Below, in pieces: positions 1 to 9,964 of a stretch of DNA of 64,000 bases. Under the pieces are notes generated by a model. That model was not told the origin of the DNA. It made no database searches and was given only the letters and a program-made list of their open reading frames with translations. Numbering within the stretch: position 1 is the stretch's first letter; every line of letters starts with the position of its first letter. The position numbers were made by a program, and so were the translations under genes. Source of the DNA: Bacteroidales bacterium Bact_09 (GTDB taxonomy: Bacteria; Bacteroidota; Bacteroidia; Bacteroidales; UBA932); contig LUZA01000008.1 in the NCBI GenBank assembly GCA_001603455.1, positions 443-64,442 of the forward strand, given 5' to 3'.

Positions 1-385
1 CCTCTTTCAAATGGAGGTATGGCAGTGTGTCCATGGGATTGAGCGCATAACGGACAATCCCCAGGTAGATCAGGGACCGGGCAAGTTTTTCGGGATCACG
101 GCCGTTCCTGTACCATTCCGCTGCTAATGATATAATGGAATCGTCCGTGAAATCAACGTAAGATTTATCCTTGGCTATGGTTAGCAACAAATTGTAATAA
201 GACTGCACTTCGCCGGGATGCTCAGATACGTCCATTTGTTCCAAACTGTCCAGGACAACCCGGGGCCTGTGGCTGAGCAGGCTGTCCAGATTAGCCAGAC
301 GAGCTTGCATTACGTGCTGCCTGATTGTCGTATTACAGGAAACCAGCAGCAACAAACCAAGAACTATCAACCGGGAATTTTTCAT
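1..385 (-). CDS. Lipoprotein of unknown function, partial (C-terminus lies outside the window)
   Basis: Hand translation of the minus strand from ATG (plus 383-385) gives MKNSRLIVLGLLLLVSCNTTIRQH..., a signal peptide plus lipobox Cys. The frame stays open to the window edge. It is absent from the ORF track because there is no stop in the window. Confidence 0.5.
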   Translation of the reverse strand, partial: MKNSRLIVLGLLLLVSCNTTIRQHVMQARLANLDSLLSHRPRVVLDSLEQMDVSEHPGEVQSYYNLLLTIAKDKSYVDFTDDSIISLAAEWYRNGRDPEKLARSLIYLGIVRYALNPMDTLPYLHLKE

Positions 386-423
386 GATTGTTTTGCTAAG
401 TTAATAAAATCAGCGAAATTGTC

Positions 424-431
424 TACTTTTG
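424..431 (+). promoter_or_regulatory. Candidate Bacteroidota -7 promoter box for the C69 peptidase gene
   Basis: TACTTTTG matches the TAnnTTTG consensus and sits 37 nt upstream of the ATG at 469. Confidence 0.3.
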
Positions 432-468
432 TTAACTTACCGACGTTCGGTGCATTACCTGATTTATT

Positions 469-2109
469 ATGAAAAATATCCTATTCGTTCTTTCTTTTCT
501 TTTTGCTTCCTTATTTTGGGTTGATGGATCTGCCTGCACGGTCATAGTGGCAGGCAAAAAAGCCACTGTAGACGGAAGCGTGCTAAATTCACACACAGAT
601 TGCGGTCCCGATAACCGCATTCGCATTATCCCGGGACAAAGCTTTAACAAGGGAACCATGGCCCCTGTTTTTTGGGGTATACTGGACAATACGCGCCCCA
701 TAGATGATCTTGGGGAGATCCTGGGTTACATTCCCCAGGTGGAGCGAACCTACACCTATTTTCACTCGGCCTATTCCCAGATCAATGAACACCAGTTGTG
801 CATTGGCGAAAGCACCACCAACCAGCGGCCGGAACTACAACTGACAAAAGGAGAAGGCGAACAGATCATGACCATAGAACAGGCCCAGGTCTTTGCCCTG
901 CAACGCTGCAAAACGGCCCGGGAAGCCCTGGAACTGATGACACACCTGATGGAAACCTATGGTTTTCTTCCTTCCTGCGGAAAAGATCCCGAACTGGTCA
1001 CCCTGGCCGATCCCGATGAGGTCTGGATACTGGAATTCTTTGCCGTGGGCAAAGGCTGGAAAAAGGACAGCGGAAAACCGGGTTGCATCTGGGCGGCACA
1101 GCGCCTGCCGGACGACCACGTGGCCGTCATTTCCAATTGGAGCGTGATCAAAGAGATTGACCTTTCCAAACCCGACCAGTACCGTGCCTCTTCCAACTAT
1201 ATGAGTGTGGCCATAGAGAACGGCTGGTACGATCCCAACGGCACCATGCCCTTTATCTGGAGCAATGCCTATGCCGGGATAACCCCGCGCGAAGCCCACA
1301 CCCACCGCCAATGGCTCTTCAATGCCCTGTACAATCCCGGCCTTGAGGAACTGCCCCCGCGCTGGACCAGCAATCCGTTCCAGAACCTGAACCAGTACGG
1401 TCAGACGGTTGAACCCATTGGCATGTATCCCTTCTCTTTCAAACCCAACAAGCTTTTCACCATAAAAGACATCATGGATTTCCAGCGGAGCACGTTCACC
1501 GGGACCATTTATGACAAGGAAAATGATGCCGTATGGTATATTCCCGGCACCGATGGCAAAATGGTCAAAAGCCCGCTGGCCACCCCTTTCCCCAATGCCG
1601 AGTTGCAGAAACTGCTGAAAACCAACAGACGCCGCCTGGTTTCGCGCGTTGACGGAGAATACGGGTTCTGCGCTCAGCTGCGCAGTGACCTGCCCGACGG
1701 GATCGGAGGCATTTACTGGGTATTTGTGGACAATGCCTATACCTCGCCCTACATTCCCTTTTTCACCGGCATGACCAAAACACCGGCTGTTTATATGGAA
1801 TACCATCCAAACCACTATTCCGATACTTCTGTGCGGTGGGCCGTGGATGTGGTGGACAACCTGCTGAACCTCTGCTACCAGGAAGCCAAAAAAGACTTGG
1901 TACGGCTCCGGGAGCCCATGGAAGAAAAGTTCTTTGAAAAGAACCGGGAAATTGAACAACAATACCTGGCCTTGTACCAGAAGAATCCCAGGGCAGCCGC
2001 CGAATTGCTGAATCGGTACGCGCAGGAGTGTGCCGACACCATCATGCAAACATACAGGACCTTGCGGAATACCCTTCTTGAAAAATATACAAACAATAAA
2101 CTACGATAA
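469..2109 (+). CDS. Peptidase family C69 dipeptidase (secreted)
   Basis: Signal peptide followed directly by Cys (..VDGSA|CTVIVAGKKATVDGS), the N-terminal nucleophile context of C69 dipeptidases. 546 aa with an ATG start. Confidence 0.8.
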   Translation: MKNILFVLSFLFASLFWVDGSACTVIVAGKKATVDGSVLNSHTDCGPDNRIRIIPGQSFNKGTMAPVFWGILDNTRPIDDLGEILGYIPQVERTYTYFHSAYSQINEHQLCIGESTTNQRPELQLTKGEGEQIMTIEQAQVFALQRCKTAREALELMTHLMETYGFLPSCGKDPELVTLADPDEVWILEFFAVGKGWKKDSGKPGCIWAAQRLPDDHVAVISNWSVIKEIDLSKPDQYRASSNYMSVAIENGWYDPNGTMPFIWSNAYAGITPREAHTHRQWLFNALYNPGLEELPPRWTSNPFQNLNQYGQTVEPIGMYPFSFKPNKLFTIKDIMDFQRSTFTGTIYDKENDAVWYIPGTDGKMVKSPLATPFPNAELQKLLKTNRRRLVSRVDGEYGFCAQLRSDLPDGIGGIYWVFVDNAYTSPYIPFFTGMTKTPAVYMEYHPNHYSDTSVRWAVDVVDNLLNLCYQEAKKDLVRLREPMEEKFFEKNREIEQQYLALYQKNPRAAAELLNRYAQECADTIMQTYRTLRNTLLEKYTNNKLR

Positions 2110-2112
2110 TTT

Positions 2113-3372
2113 ATGAGCCTGGACAGAAGAAATTTTCTTAGGGCAGCCGGTGGTCTGGCTGCCCTGACCATCCTCCCGCGGCGTGTCCTGGGAGGCAACG
2201 GTTTCATTGCCCCCAGCGACCAGCTGACCAAAGGGATCATTGGTACCGGCGGTATGGGCAGGGAACATATCAAATACGAAGGAGCAAGGCTGGTTGCCGT
2301 CTGCGATGTGGATACCAAACACCTGGAAGCGGCTGTGAAAATGGCCCCGGACCGGGTCAGGACCTATGAGCATTTCATGGATCTGATTAACGATCCCAAT
2401 GTGGATGTGGTGCACATTGCCACCCCTCCGCACTGGCACGGCATCATGGCTGTGGAAGCCGCCAAGGCCGGCAAGGATATCTGGTGCGAAAAACCCATGA
2501 CACGCACCATAGGGGAAGGCAAACGTGTAATGGAAGCGGTCAAGAGAAACGGACGCATCTTCAGATTGAACACCTGGTTCCGTTTCAAGGACACATTCTA
2601 TGGCCTGGGCACGACCGTGAACCCGCTTAAAAAACTGGTACAGAGCGGCATGCTGGGCTGGCCCCTGAAGGTGACCATATCGCGCCACACCGGTTTCGAC
2701 TGGAAGTTCTACTGGACCGGAAAAGAAAACCTGGTACCCGAAACTGTTCCTTCCAACCTGAACTACGACCTGTGGCTGGGCCCTGCCCCCTACAAACCCT
2801 ACAATCCGCACCGGGTGCACCAGACATTCCGCGGTTATTGGGATTACGACGGCGGAGGACTTTGCGACATGGGACAGCATTATATGGACCCTGTCCAGTA
2901 TTTCCTGGACAAGGACAATGAAAGCCCTGTCAAGGTAGAAGTGGATGCCCCGCAACAGCACCACGATGCCGTGGGTACCTGGCGCAGCATAACCTACACC
3001 TATGCCGACGGATGCCAGATCGTCCTCTGGGGCGATGATTTCGGGGATCCCGAGACTCCTTACATAGCCGGCCCGAAAGGCAACGTCTACCGCGGCTTCC
3101 GGTGCGATATCCCGGACTGGCAGCTGAAACTGGCCGATTTCCCGGAACCGGCTGCCCAGGAAACCGATTTCTACGGATGCATCAAAACCCGCAGACCGTT
3201 TGCCCTGAACGAAACCAACGGCTTCCGCAGTTGCACGCTGGTCAATATGGGCGCCGTGGCCGTACGGCTGAACCGCACCCTGCACTTTGACTCCGATACA
3301 CTTGAATTTATTAACGATCCGGCAGCCAACCGGTTACTGGACCAACCCATGCGCGGACCCTGGAAAATCTGA
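2113..3372 (+). CDS. Gfo/Idh/MocA family oxidoreductase with twin-arginine signal
   Basis: TAT-type N-terminus MSLDRRNFLRAAGGLAAL, dinucleotide-binding GIIGTGGMG, and the family EKP motif (WCEKPM). Starts 4 nt after the upstream stop. Confidence 0.85.
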   Translation: MSLDRRNFLRAAGGLAALTILPRRVLGGNGFIAPSDQLTKGIIGTGGMGREHIKYEGARLVAVCDVDTKHLEAAVKMAPDRVRTYEHFMDLINDPNVDVVHIATPPHWHGIMAVEAAKAGKDIWCEKPMTRTIGEGKRVMEAVKRNGRIFRLNTWFRFKDTFYGLGTTVNPLKKLVQSGMLGWPLKVTISRHTGFDWKFYWTGKENLVPETVPSNLNYDLWLGPAPYKPYNPHRVHQTFRGYWDYDGGGLCDMGQHYMDPVQYFLDKDNESPVKVEVDAPQQHHDAVGTWRSITYTYADGCQIVLWGDDFGDPETPYIAGPKGNVYRGFRCDIPDWQLKLADFPEPAAQETDFYGCIKTRRPFALNETNGFRSCTLVNMGAVAVRLNRTLHFDSDTLEFINDPAANRLLDQPMRGPWKI

Positions 3373-3377
3373 ACATC

Positions 3378-6300
3378 ATGAAAAGAACAATCTCTGTAAT
3401 ACTGTTAATTCTCCTGGGCACGCTGTCTTCTTTGAACGCCCAGGACGCCCAAAGAGCGGCCGCCACCAAGGTGGGCGATGCCCTGAACCAGCTTCCGGCT
3501 GCCAATGAAGCCCTTTTCAGCCGGTTGATGGAAGATCTTTTGTCTACGGGCGAGGAAGGAGTCCTGATGCTTGCCCAAAAGCTCAGGAGCGACGGAACTT
3601 CCCTGCCCCAGGCAGAATATGCCCTGGACGGCATGGTACAATATGTAACCCGTCCCGGGGTAGATGAAAAAGTCCGCACGGAAGTGGCGCATCATTACGC
3701 CAAAGCCCTGGACAAAACGGAGGACCCCCTGATCAAGGCCTTTTTCATCAGGCAACTGCAAATGCTGGGTTCGCCCGAAAGCCTGAATGCCCTGGTTCCC
3801 TATATGTTCTCCGACGAACTGGGCGGAGCAGCCATCGGGGCCGTAACGGCCATTGGGGGCGAGACGGCTGTGCAATTGCTGCTGGGAGCTCCTTTACGGG
3901 CCGAGACCATCACCGGTCTGGGCAAACTGGGATCTCCGCTGGCAGAAAAAATGCTGATGAGCCTGGCCCAAACCGGCAATGAGCAACAGCGTCCCCTGGC
4001 CTTCCAGGCTCTTTCCCGTTGCGGGACCATGGCTGCCTTTGACGTGATGGTAAATGCCCCGAATTTCGATTTTCTGACCTTTCTGGAGCGGGTTGCTCCC
4101 TCCGATCCGGGGAAAGCCACCAAATCACTCAAGTCCCTGATCAAACCGGGCAACGAGTCTCAAACCCGTTGCTTTGCCCTTTCGCTGCTCCTTGGCCTGC
4201 ACCAGGAGGAAGCCATGCGGACGGTGCTGCGGGCGCTGGACGATCCTGATGGTTCTTACCGCAGGACCGCCCTGGAAGGTACCCGCGCATTCATCTCGCC
4301 GGTGGTAAACTCGGCCGTGTTGAAAAAGATGAAACGCCTTTCCGCTCCGGCACTGGCCGATGTGCTGGACTGGCTGGGTGAACAGCGCAATCCCGCGCTG
4401 ATCCCTTACATTGCCGATCCCTGGCTGACCCACCAGGACCTGCAGGTGGCAGAAGCCTCGGCCCGGGCCATCCTCAAGACAGGAACAGATCAGGGCACCG
4501 CCCTGCTGGCCGGCTTGCTTACCAGCACCGACCCCCTGAAAACGGACCTTGCCCTGAAGTGTCTGCTGGCCTCGGAAAGAAATGTGATACAGGCTGTTAT
4601 GGATATTTATCCGCAAACCTCCGTTCCGGGAAAATCAGCCTCCCTGGCGCTGCTGGGCGTACGGAAATCCCGTGAGCATGAGCCGCTGGTGCTGGAAGCC
4701 CTGCAGGATCCCTCACCGGAAGTCCGGCTGGCCGCTGCCCGTGCCCTGAGCGGCGTAGCCCGGCCCGATAACCGGGACACATACTTCCGGCTATTGGAGG
4801 CCGCTGAGCCTGCATTGAAAGAGCCTTTGCAGCAGGCTGTCCTGGCCTCTTTGTACGGACTTGACCCGGAAGCACAATTTAACGTGCTGTCCGCAAGAAT
4901 GCAACAGGCCGGTCCCCTGCTGAGACCGCTTTACTACGCGCCCCTTGCCGCAACCGGCACAAAAAGGGCTGTTGACCTGCTGAGCGAACGTTACCTGGAA
5001 GAAGGGAATGCAGATGCTTACATTGCGCTGATCAATGGCTGGAATCCCGCCGGTGCGCAAAAGGTGATATACCTGCGCAAAGGCCTGGACCATTTCACAG
5101 AACCGGGACAAACGGCAGCACTCCTGGCCCAGATGAAAAATACCGGTGCATTTCAGGCCATGGTCGCCTCGGCTCCTTACCTGGACTCGGCCCATCCCGA
5201 AGTCTCCCTGGCTGCGGCCATGAACATATACCGGCTGGCGGTGAACAATCCGGATTTCTACGGCCCCCTGGTGGCGGAGTGGATGGAAAAGGTGATGCGG
5301 ATCATGGAACAGGCCGGTTACCCGGACAGCATCTACGACATACAGAACGTGAAGAAATACCTGGCCGAAACACCTGAAGAAAAGGGATTTGAACGCATTT
5401 TCAATGAAAAAGACCTGGAAGGCTGGCAGGGTCTGGTAGGCAATCCCATCTCACGCAGCAACATGAAACCGCAGGAACTGGCCAAGGCGCAAAAAGAAGC
5501 GGACAAGGTGGCTTTCAGCCAGTGGGTGGTGGAAGACGGCAAATTGCTGTTTTTGGGCAAAGGCGATAACCTTTGCACCACAAAGAATTACGGGGATTTT
5601 GAAATGTATGTGGACTGGCTCCTTTACCCGGAAGGACCCGAGGCCGATGCCGGCATTTACCTGCGGGGTTCACCCCAGGTGCAGATCTGGGACACTGCCC
5701 GTGTTCATGTGGGCGCCCAGGCGGGATCGGGCGGCCTGTACAACAACGCGAAAAATCCTTCTGCTCCCCTGTTGGTGGCCGATAACCGCCTGGGGGAATG
5801 GAACAGCTTTTTCATTCGCATGCAGGGAGAACGCGTTACCGTGTACCTGAACGGAGAACTGGTGGTAGACAATGTGGTCATGGAAAATTACTGGGACCGC
5901 TCACAGCCCATCTTCCCCTACGGGGCCATTGAGCTCCAGGCACACGGCAGCAAGGTGGCCTACCGCGACATCTACGTGCGGGAACTCCGGCGTCCCGAGC
6001 CTTACAAACTGTCCCCGGAAGAAGAAGCCGATGGCTTTACCGTACTCTTTGACGGCACCACATTGCATCAATGGACAGGAAACAAAACCGATTACCTGAC
6101 CCGGGACGGGGTCTTGGAAGTCCGGCCCACCGGGCAGGGATTTGGCGACCTGTACACGGTTAAGGAGTATTCCGATTTTATATTCCGGTTCGAGTTCAAA
6201 CTCACCCCGGGTGCCAACAACGGCGTAGGCATCCGCACACCCGGCACAGGGGATGCCGCCTACGAAGGCATGGAGATACAGATCCTGGACCACTTCGATT

Positions 6301-6599
6301 CCATTTACCAGCCCTGGCTGCTGGATTACCAGTACCACGGATCGGTCTATGGGGTGATCCCCTCACACAACCGCAATGCCCTGCGGCCCGTCGGGGAATG
6401 GAACCAGGAGGAGATCTACGTCAAAGGCACGTACATCCGGGTTACGCTGAACGGTGAAGTGATCACGGAAGGAGATATCTCGGCAGGCCCGGTTGACGAC
6501 AGGGAGCATCCGGGGCTGGAAAGAACAGGGGGAAAGATAGGATTCCTGGGACACGGGTCCAAGCTGTGGCTCCGCAATATCAGGATCAAGGAATTGTAA
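3378..6599 (+). CDS. Secreted HEAT-repeat protein with two C-terminal DUF1080 (3-keto-disaccharide hydrolase-like) domains
   Basis: Signal peptide, then about 650 aa of Leu/Ala-rich helical repeats including a PBS-lyase/HEAT-like DPSPEVRLAAARAL. Two modules follow, starting FERIFNEKDLEGWQG and FTVLFDGTTLHQWTG and ending YRDIYVREL and LWLRNIRIKEL, as in DUF1080 domains (roughly 5400-6596). Confidence 0.7.
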   Translation: MKRTISVILLILLGTLSSLNAQDAQRAAATKVGDALNQLPAANEALFSRLMEDLLSTGEEGVLMLAQKLRSDGTSLPQAEYALDGMVQYVTRPGVDEKVRTEVAHHYAKALDKTEDPLIKAFFIRQLQMLGSPESLNALVPYMFSDELGGAAIGAVTAIGGETAVQLLLGAPLRAETITGLGKLGSPLAEKMLMSLAQTGNEQQRPLAFQALSRCGTMAAFDVMVNAPNFDFLTFLERVAPSDPGKATKSLKSLIKPGNESQTRCFALSLLLGLHQEEAMRTVLRALDDPDGSYRRTALEGTRAFISPVVNSAVLKKMKRLSAPALADVLDWLGEQRNPALIPYIADPWLTHQDLQVAEASARAILKTGTDQGTALLAGLLTSTDPLKTDLALKCLLASERNVIQAVMDIYPQTSVPGKSASLALLGVRKSREHEPLVLEALQDPSPEVRLAAARALSGVARPDNRDTYFRLLEAAEPALKEPLQQAVLASLYGLDPEAQFNVLSARMQQAGPLLRPLYYAPLAATGTKRAVDLLSERYLEEGNADAYIALINGWNPAGAQKVIYLRKGLDHFTEPGQTAALLAQMKNTGAFQAMVASAPYLDSAHPEVSLAAAMNIYRLAVNNPDFYGPLVAEWMEKVMRIMEQAGYPDSIYDIQNVKKYLAETPEEKGFERIFNEKDLEGWQGLVGNPISRSNMKPQELAKAQKEADKVAFSQWVVEDGKLLFLGKGDNLCTTKNYGDFEMYVDWLLYPEGPEADAGIYLRGSPQVQIWDTARVHVGAQAGSGGLYNNAKNPSAPLLVADNRLGEWNSFFIRMQGERVTVYLNGELVVDNVVMENYWDRSQPIFPYGAIELQAHGSKVAYRDIYVRELRRPEPYKLSPEEEADGFTVLFDGTTLHQWTGNKTDYLTRDGVLEVRPTGQGFGDLYTVKEYSDFIFRFEFKLTPGANNGVGIRTPGTGDAAYEGMEIQILDHFDSIYQPWLLDYQYHGSVYGVIPSHNRNALRPVGEWNQEEIYVKGTYIRVTLNGEVITEGDISAGPVDDREHPGLERTGGKIGFLGHGSKLWLRNIRIKEL

Positions 6600-6607
6600 G
6601 CGGGAAA

Positions 6608-6991
6608 CTATCTTTTGAGCAGGGTATATTCCCCGTTCAGGGATTGCCCGTCAAAAAGAAGGTCTCCGTCGTAATAAACAACCAGTGTGGTCGGGGTCAG
6701 GGAACGGATCTCGACCACATCGTTTATGGTGGCACTGCCTACAATGACCCGGACATAAATGTAGATCCCATCCAGCGTGTAGGTAGGCGTATACGAGGGG
6801 GCCGATATGGGGGCTGTATAACCCATGGTTCCGTCTTCGCGGAATGTGATGGTGTATTCTGTGTTGTCTTGGTAAGCCCAGGTGCCCAAAAGGTCAGACA
6901 CTTTATATTCCTTTTGGCAGGATGCGGTCATTAAAATAAGCAGGGACATTGCCATCAGTCCCGTGATCATGCGGATTCCTTTTTTCTTCAT
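6608..6991 (-). CDS. Small lipocalin-like lipoprotein
   Basis: Signal plus lipobox (LILMTASC). The mature part begins ..DLLGTWAY.., as in lipocalin-like domains of Bacteroidota lipoproteins. 127 aa. Confidence 0.5.
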   Translation of the reverse strand: MKKKGIRMITGLMAMSLLILMTASCQKEYKVSDLLGTWAYQDNTEYTITFREDGTMGYTAPISAPSYTPTYTLDGIYIYVRVIVGSATINDVVEIRSLTPTTLVVYYDGDLLFDGQSLNGEYTLLKR

Positions 6992-7027
6992 GGATTGAAT
7001 TGCTTTATCATGTTATATTGCAAACTT

Positions 7028-9964
7028 TTAGTTATTTCCTCCGTACATATTCTCAGGACTGGCAGGTTCTCCGTTGACGGTGCCTGTATTGGTGCAATCT
7101 TCAGGTGATGGTCCAAACATAAAAAAGCCACAAAAACCTCCTACAAAGCAATTTTTACCTTCTGTTGTATCCACATAACCGCTTACCGAACCCGAATTAG
7201 AACAACCTTTCAGCCTGCCTCCATTATAAACACCTCCCTGATCAGTAATACCAATAACGCCTCCGACAAATTTATTGGTACCTTCCTGGCTGTTTCGTGT
7301 GACCGGACCGGAATTGACACAATCCGTCAGATTTCCGCCTCTATTGAAACCACAAATACCTCCTATGGTAAAATAATTATTGTCCATTTCGGATTCTGTT
7401 CCTGTAATTTGCCCCGAATTTACACAATTTGTCAAAGATCCTTTCATATTTTCTGCCACCACTCCCCCAACATTGTATGATCCGGTCACATTTCCCGTAT
7501 TTTCAACACCCTCAATGAATCCTCCCTGGGTAATGGTCGCCACTATACCAGCCGAACTTTTTGCACCGGTGATCTGGCCGCTGTTCTTACAGTTAGTTAT
7601 CTTATATATGTTCAGTTTACTGATAAAATGTGAAACGATCCCCCCGGCCGTATAGCCCGAAATAGCACCCCTATTCACACCATTTTCAATAGAAGATGAA
7701 GAGATACCAGCGATACCTCCGGCCAGGGCAATGTTGTCCACCTGAACTCCTTCCGTTTCCTCGATGGGGTCATCGGTCATGGGTACGGAAACAACACCTG
7801 TGTTCAGGCAATCCTTAATTTTCCCGAAGCCCACAGCCACTATACCACCAGCCCGTTTACCGGAAGAAATAGAAGCATGATTTTCACAATCAGACACAAT
7901 CGATCCTGTAATTTTTACAGAGCCTGCAATACCGGTTATTCCGCCTGCACTTCCTGCGGTGGCACAAACATCGGCTCCTTCCAGATTATTACAGAAACTG
8001 ATGGAAGCATTGTCCGTCAAATTCCCTATGATGCCCCCCGCTCCGGCAGATGCGGTGACCGTGCCGTTGTTGTCACAAAATGAGATCACGAATCCTGATC
8101 CTACAAGCATTCCGGCAACACCTCCAACAAATCTGACCCCTTCGATGGCCGCCAGGTTGTTGCATCCCTTTATCACATAATTACTATATCCTGCAATGCC
8201 TCCCACCGAACCTATTCCCTTTACCAGTCCCGTATTGCTGGAATTAACCACTTCTGAACCAATATTGCTTCCGGTGACACCCCCCGTCCCTTTGTTGTTA
8301 TCTATACTAACACCTGTGGCCATTATGGTTCCCGTATTGGAACACCCGCTAATGGAACTATTCGTGTATTGTACTCCACATATGCCTCCCAGTTCAGAAA
8401 CGCCCGATATGTCAGATGCATTATCACAATCTTTGATATTGCAGGAATTGACTGAATAACCGCAAATCCCACCAATCCGTGAAGTACCCTTAACAACTGC
8501 GCCAGAGTGATTCGTGCAATCGCTAATCACAGACGTATTGAATTGTTCGCCACTAATTCCGCCCGTTTTTTCATCAGATCCTTCAACATGACCGAAATTC
8601 TGTGAATCATTAATATTGCTTTTTGTTACAGATGATCCACATACGCCTCCTACTGCTCCCGTACCCCTGACCCTGGCATAAGCTTCGTTTTTACATCCGG
8701 TAACAATGCTTCCGTTCTGTCTTCCGACAATACCTCCCGTTGAAAACAGTCCCTGAACGCTACCGCCGTTGGTACAACCGGAAACGACAGACAGTTTATT
8801 GGCAGGGAAGATATCGGTCATTCCGGCTATACCACCCGTTGCGGTAGTGGTGCTTTTTCCGGAAACTCTGATTATGCCATTGAAATGACAATTGGAAATG
8901 GTTCCGGCCACCAATGTTCCGCATATACCACCCGCATTCAGGCTTTGGTACTGACCCGGAGTCAGGATTATGGAGCACGTTTCATCCAATACCAGGTTTT
9001 TTATTTCCGCCATCCTGACATAACCAAACAATCCTGCAGACCGCAGGGACGTCTGTGTGATGGTAAGGTTACTGATCTTGTGATCGTGACCGTTAAAAAC
9101 TCCTGTCATGCTGCTGTTGTCATAGCTGTAGTTGCTGGCATTGGTATGAAGGCCTATAGGGGTCCAGTTACCTGCAGATGACATATCCAGATCGGCCAGC
9201 AAATGAACCGTACTTTCACTGTCCATCCAGGAACTCAGGTCCCTGAGGGCATTGACATCGTCCCGGAAGTCTATCAGATCCTCCGGGACAGAAATACCCA
9301 AAGGACGCTGAGTCACCTTTAAAAGAGCCAAGGTATCATTAATGGTTTTAAACGTGAGCGTGGCGGTTCTGATCTGGGAACGCTTAGAGGTATCGGCCTT
9401 GAACGTTAGCTGGTATTGCCCGCGTGCCCCTTCAGTCTGTGCCGGTACAAGATCACACCAGGAATCGCTGCTTCCCTGATAGGTCCATGTAGTATCTGCA
9501 ACAAGGGAAAATCCGTAAGTGCCTCCCTTGCACGATATTTCAAGAGCAGCCGGAAGAACCAGCAACGTATCTGCAGTATCAGGTTCCTCAGGATCATCGG
9601 GATCCTCACCTCCATCCTGTGTGATCCTGATCACCGACTGTACGGTATTGTTGGATTTGGACCTTATGACCACATCTTGACTGCGTGCCTTTGTCGTTGT
9701 GTTTTTTTCAACAGAAAAGCTTAGAAAGACCGTTTTGTATGAAGTTTCTACAGATGAGAAATTTGTCTTACACCAATTCTCGGGAATGATAACCATCCAT
9801 CCCGAGTTGGATGAGACGGCCACCGTATCACGCCCCCCGTCCTTTTCAAAATGCAAAGTCTGAGGATCGCTATTGATATAATATACCATATCCTCTTTTT
9901 TACAACATGTTGCAGCAAGTATCAGTATAAAGAAAACAACCGGAGCGTATAATAATTTTTTCAT
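7028..9964 (-). CDS. Surface lipoprotein with two BACON-like domains and a long GLUG-motif repeat region
   Basis: Start trimmed to the internal ATG (MKKLLYAPVVFFILILAATCCKKE, lipobox). Two roughly 85-aa modules have BACON-like features (..SNSGWMVIIPENWC.. and ..SSDSWCDLVP..). The repeat region opens with FNGHDHKISNLTI...AGLFGYV, followed by about 20 GG[IV]xG-centred repeats (hand count). Confidence 0.7.
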   Translation of the reverse strand: MKKLLYAPVVFFILILAATCCKKEDMVYYINSDPQTLHFEKDGGRDTVAVSSNSGWMVIIPENWCKTNFSSVETSYKTVFLSFSVEKNTTTKARSQDVVIRSKSNNTVQSVIRITQDGGEDPDDPEEPDTADTLLVLPAALEISCKGGTYGFSLVADTTWTYQGSSDSWCDLVPAQTEGARGQYQLTFKADTSKRSQIRTATLTFKTINDTLALLKVTQRPLGISVPEDLIDFRDDVNALRDLSSWMDSESTVHLLADLDMSSAGNWTPIGLHTNASNYSYDNSSMTGVFNGHDHKISNLTITQTSLRSAGLFGYVRMAEIKNLVLDETCSIILTPGQYQSLNAGGICGTLVAGTISNCHFNGIIRVSGKSTTTATGGIAGMTDIFPANKLSVVSGCTNGGSVQGLFSTGGIVGRQNGSIVTGCKNEAYARVRGTGAVGGVCGSSVTKSNINDSQNFGHVEGSDEKTGGISGEQFNTSVISDCTNHSGAVVKGTSRIGGICGYSVNSCNIKDCDNASDISGVSELGGICGVQYTNSSISGCSNTGTIMATGVSIDNNKGTGGVTGSNIGSEVVNSSNTGLVKGIGSVGGIAGYSNYVIKGCNNLAAIEGVRFVGGVAGMLVGSGFVISFCDNNGTVTASAGAGGIIGNLTDNASISFCNNLEGADVCATAGSAGGITGIAGSVKITGSIVSDCENHASISSGKRAGGIVAVGFGKIKDCLNTGVVSVPMTDDPIEETEGVQVDNIALAGGIAGISSSSIENGVNRGAISGYTAGGIVSHFISKLNIYKITNCKNSGQITGAKSSAGIVATITQGGFIEGVENTGNVTGSYNVGGVVAENMKGSLTNCVNSGQITGTESEMDNNYFTIGGICGFNRGGNLTDCVNSGPVTRNSQEGTNKFVGGVIGITDQGGVYNGGRLKGCSNSGSVSGYVDTTEGKNCFVGGFCGFFMFGPSPEDCTNTGTVNGEPASPENMYGGNN
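7072..9052 (-). repeat. Coding tandem repeats (GLUG-type, about 22-30 aa units) inside the BACON-GLUG gene
   Basis: Recurring GGICG, GGIAG, GGIVG, GGVCG, GGISG and GGVTG cores, each preceded by C.N.G / N.G motifs throughout the translation. Confidence 0.6.

Noticed and set aside
835-3285. Long antisense ORFs (835-2049, 2101-3285 minus; similar ones at 3405-4616, 24296-24973 and 42802-43467)
   Set aside because: They lie fully inside well-supported genes on the other strand. Their composition is Gly/Pro/Arg/His-skewed and low in complexity, with no recognisable motifs. They are typical shadow ORFs of moderately GC-rich coding DNA.
7072-9052. Checked whether the periodic repeats here and at 26413-26460 could be CRISPR-like or satellite arrays
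   Set aside because: Both are in-frame coding repeats inside long ORFs, with degenerate nucleotide identity (GLUG) or a 6-nt unit (HE). There is no spacer/repeat organisation and no cas genes.
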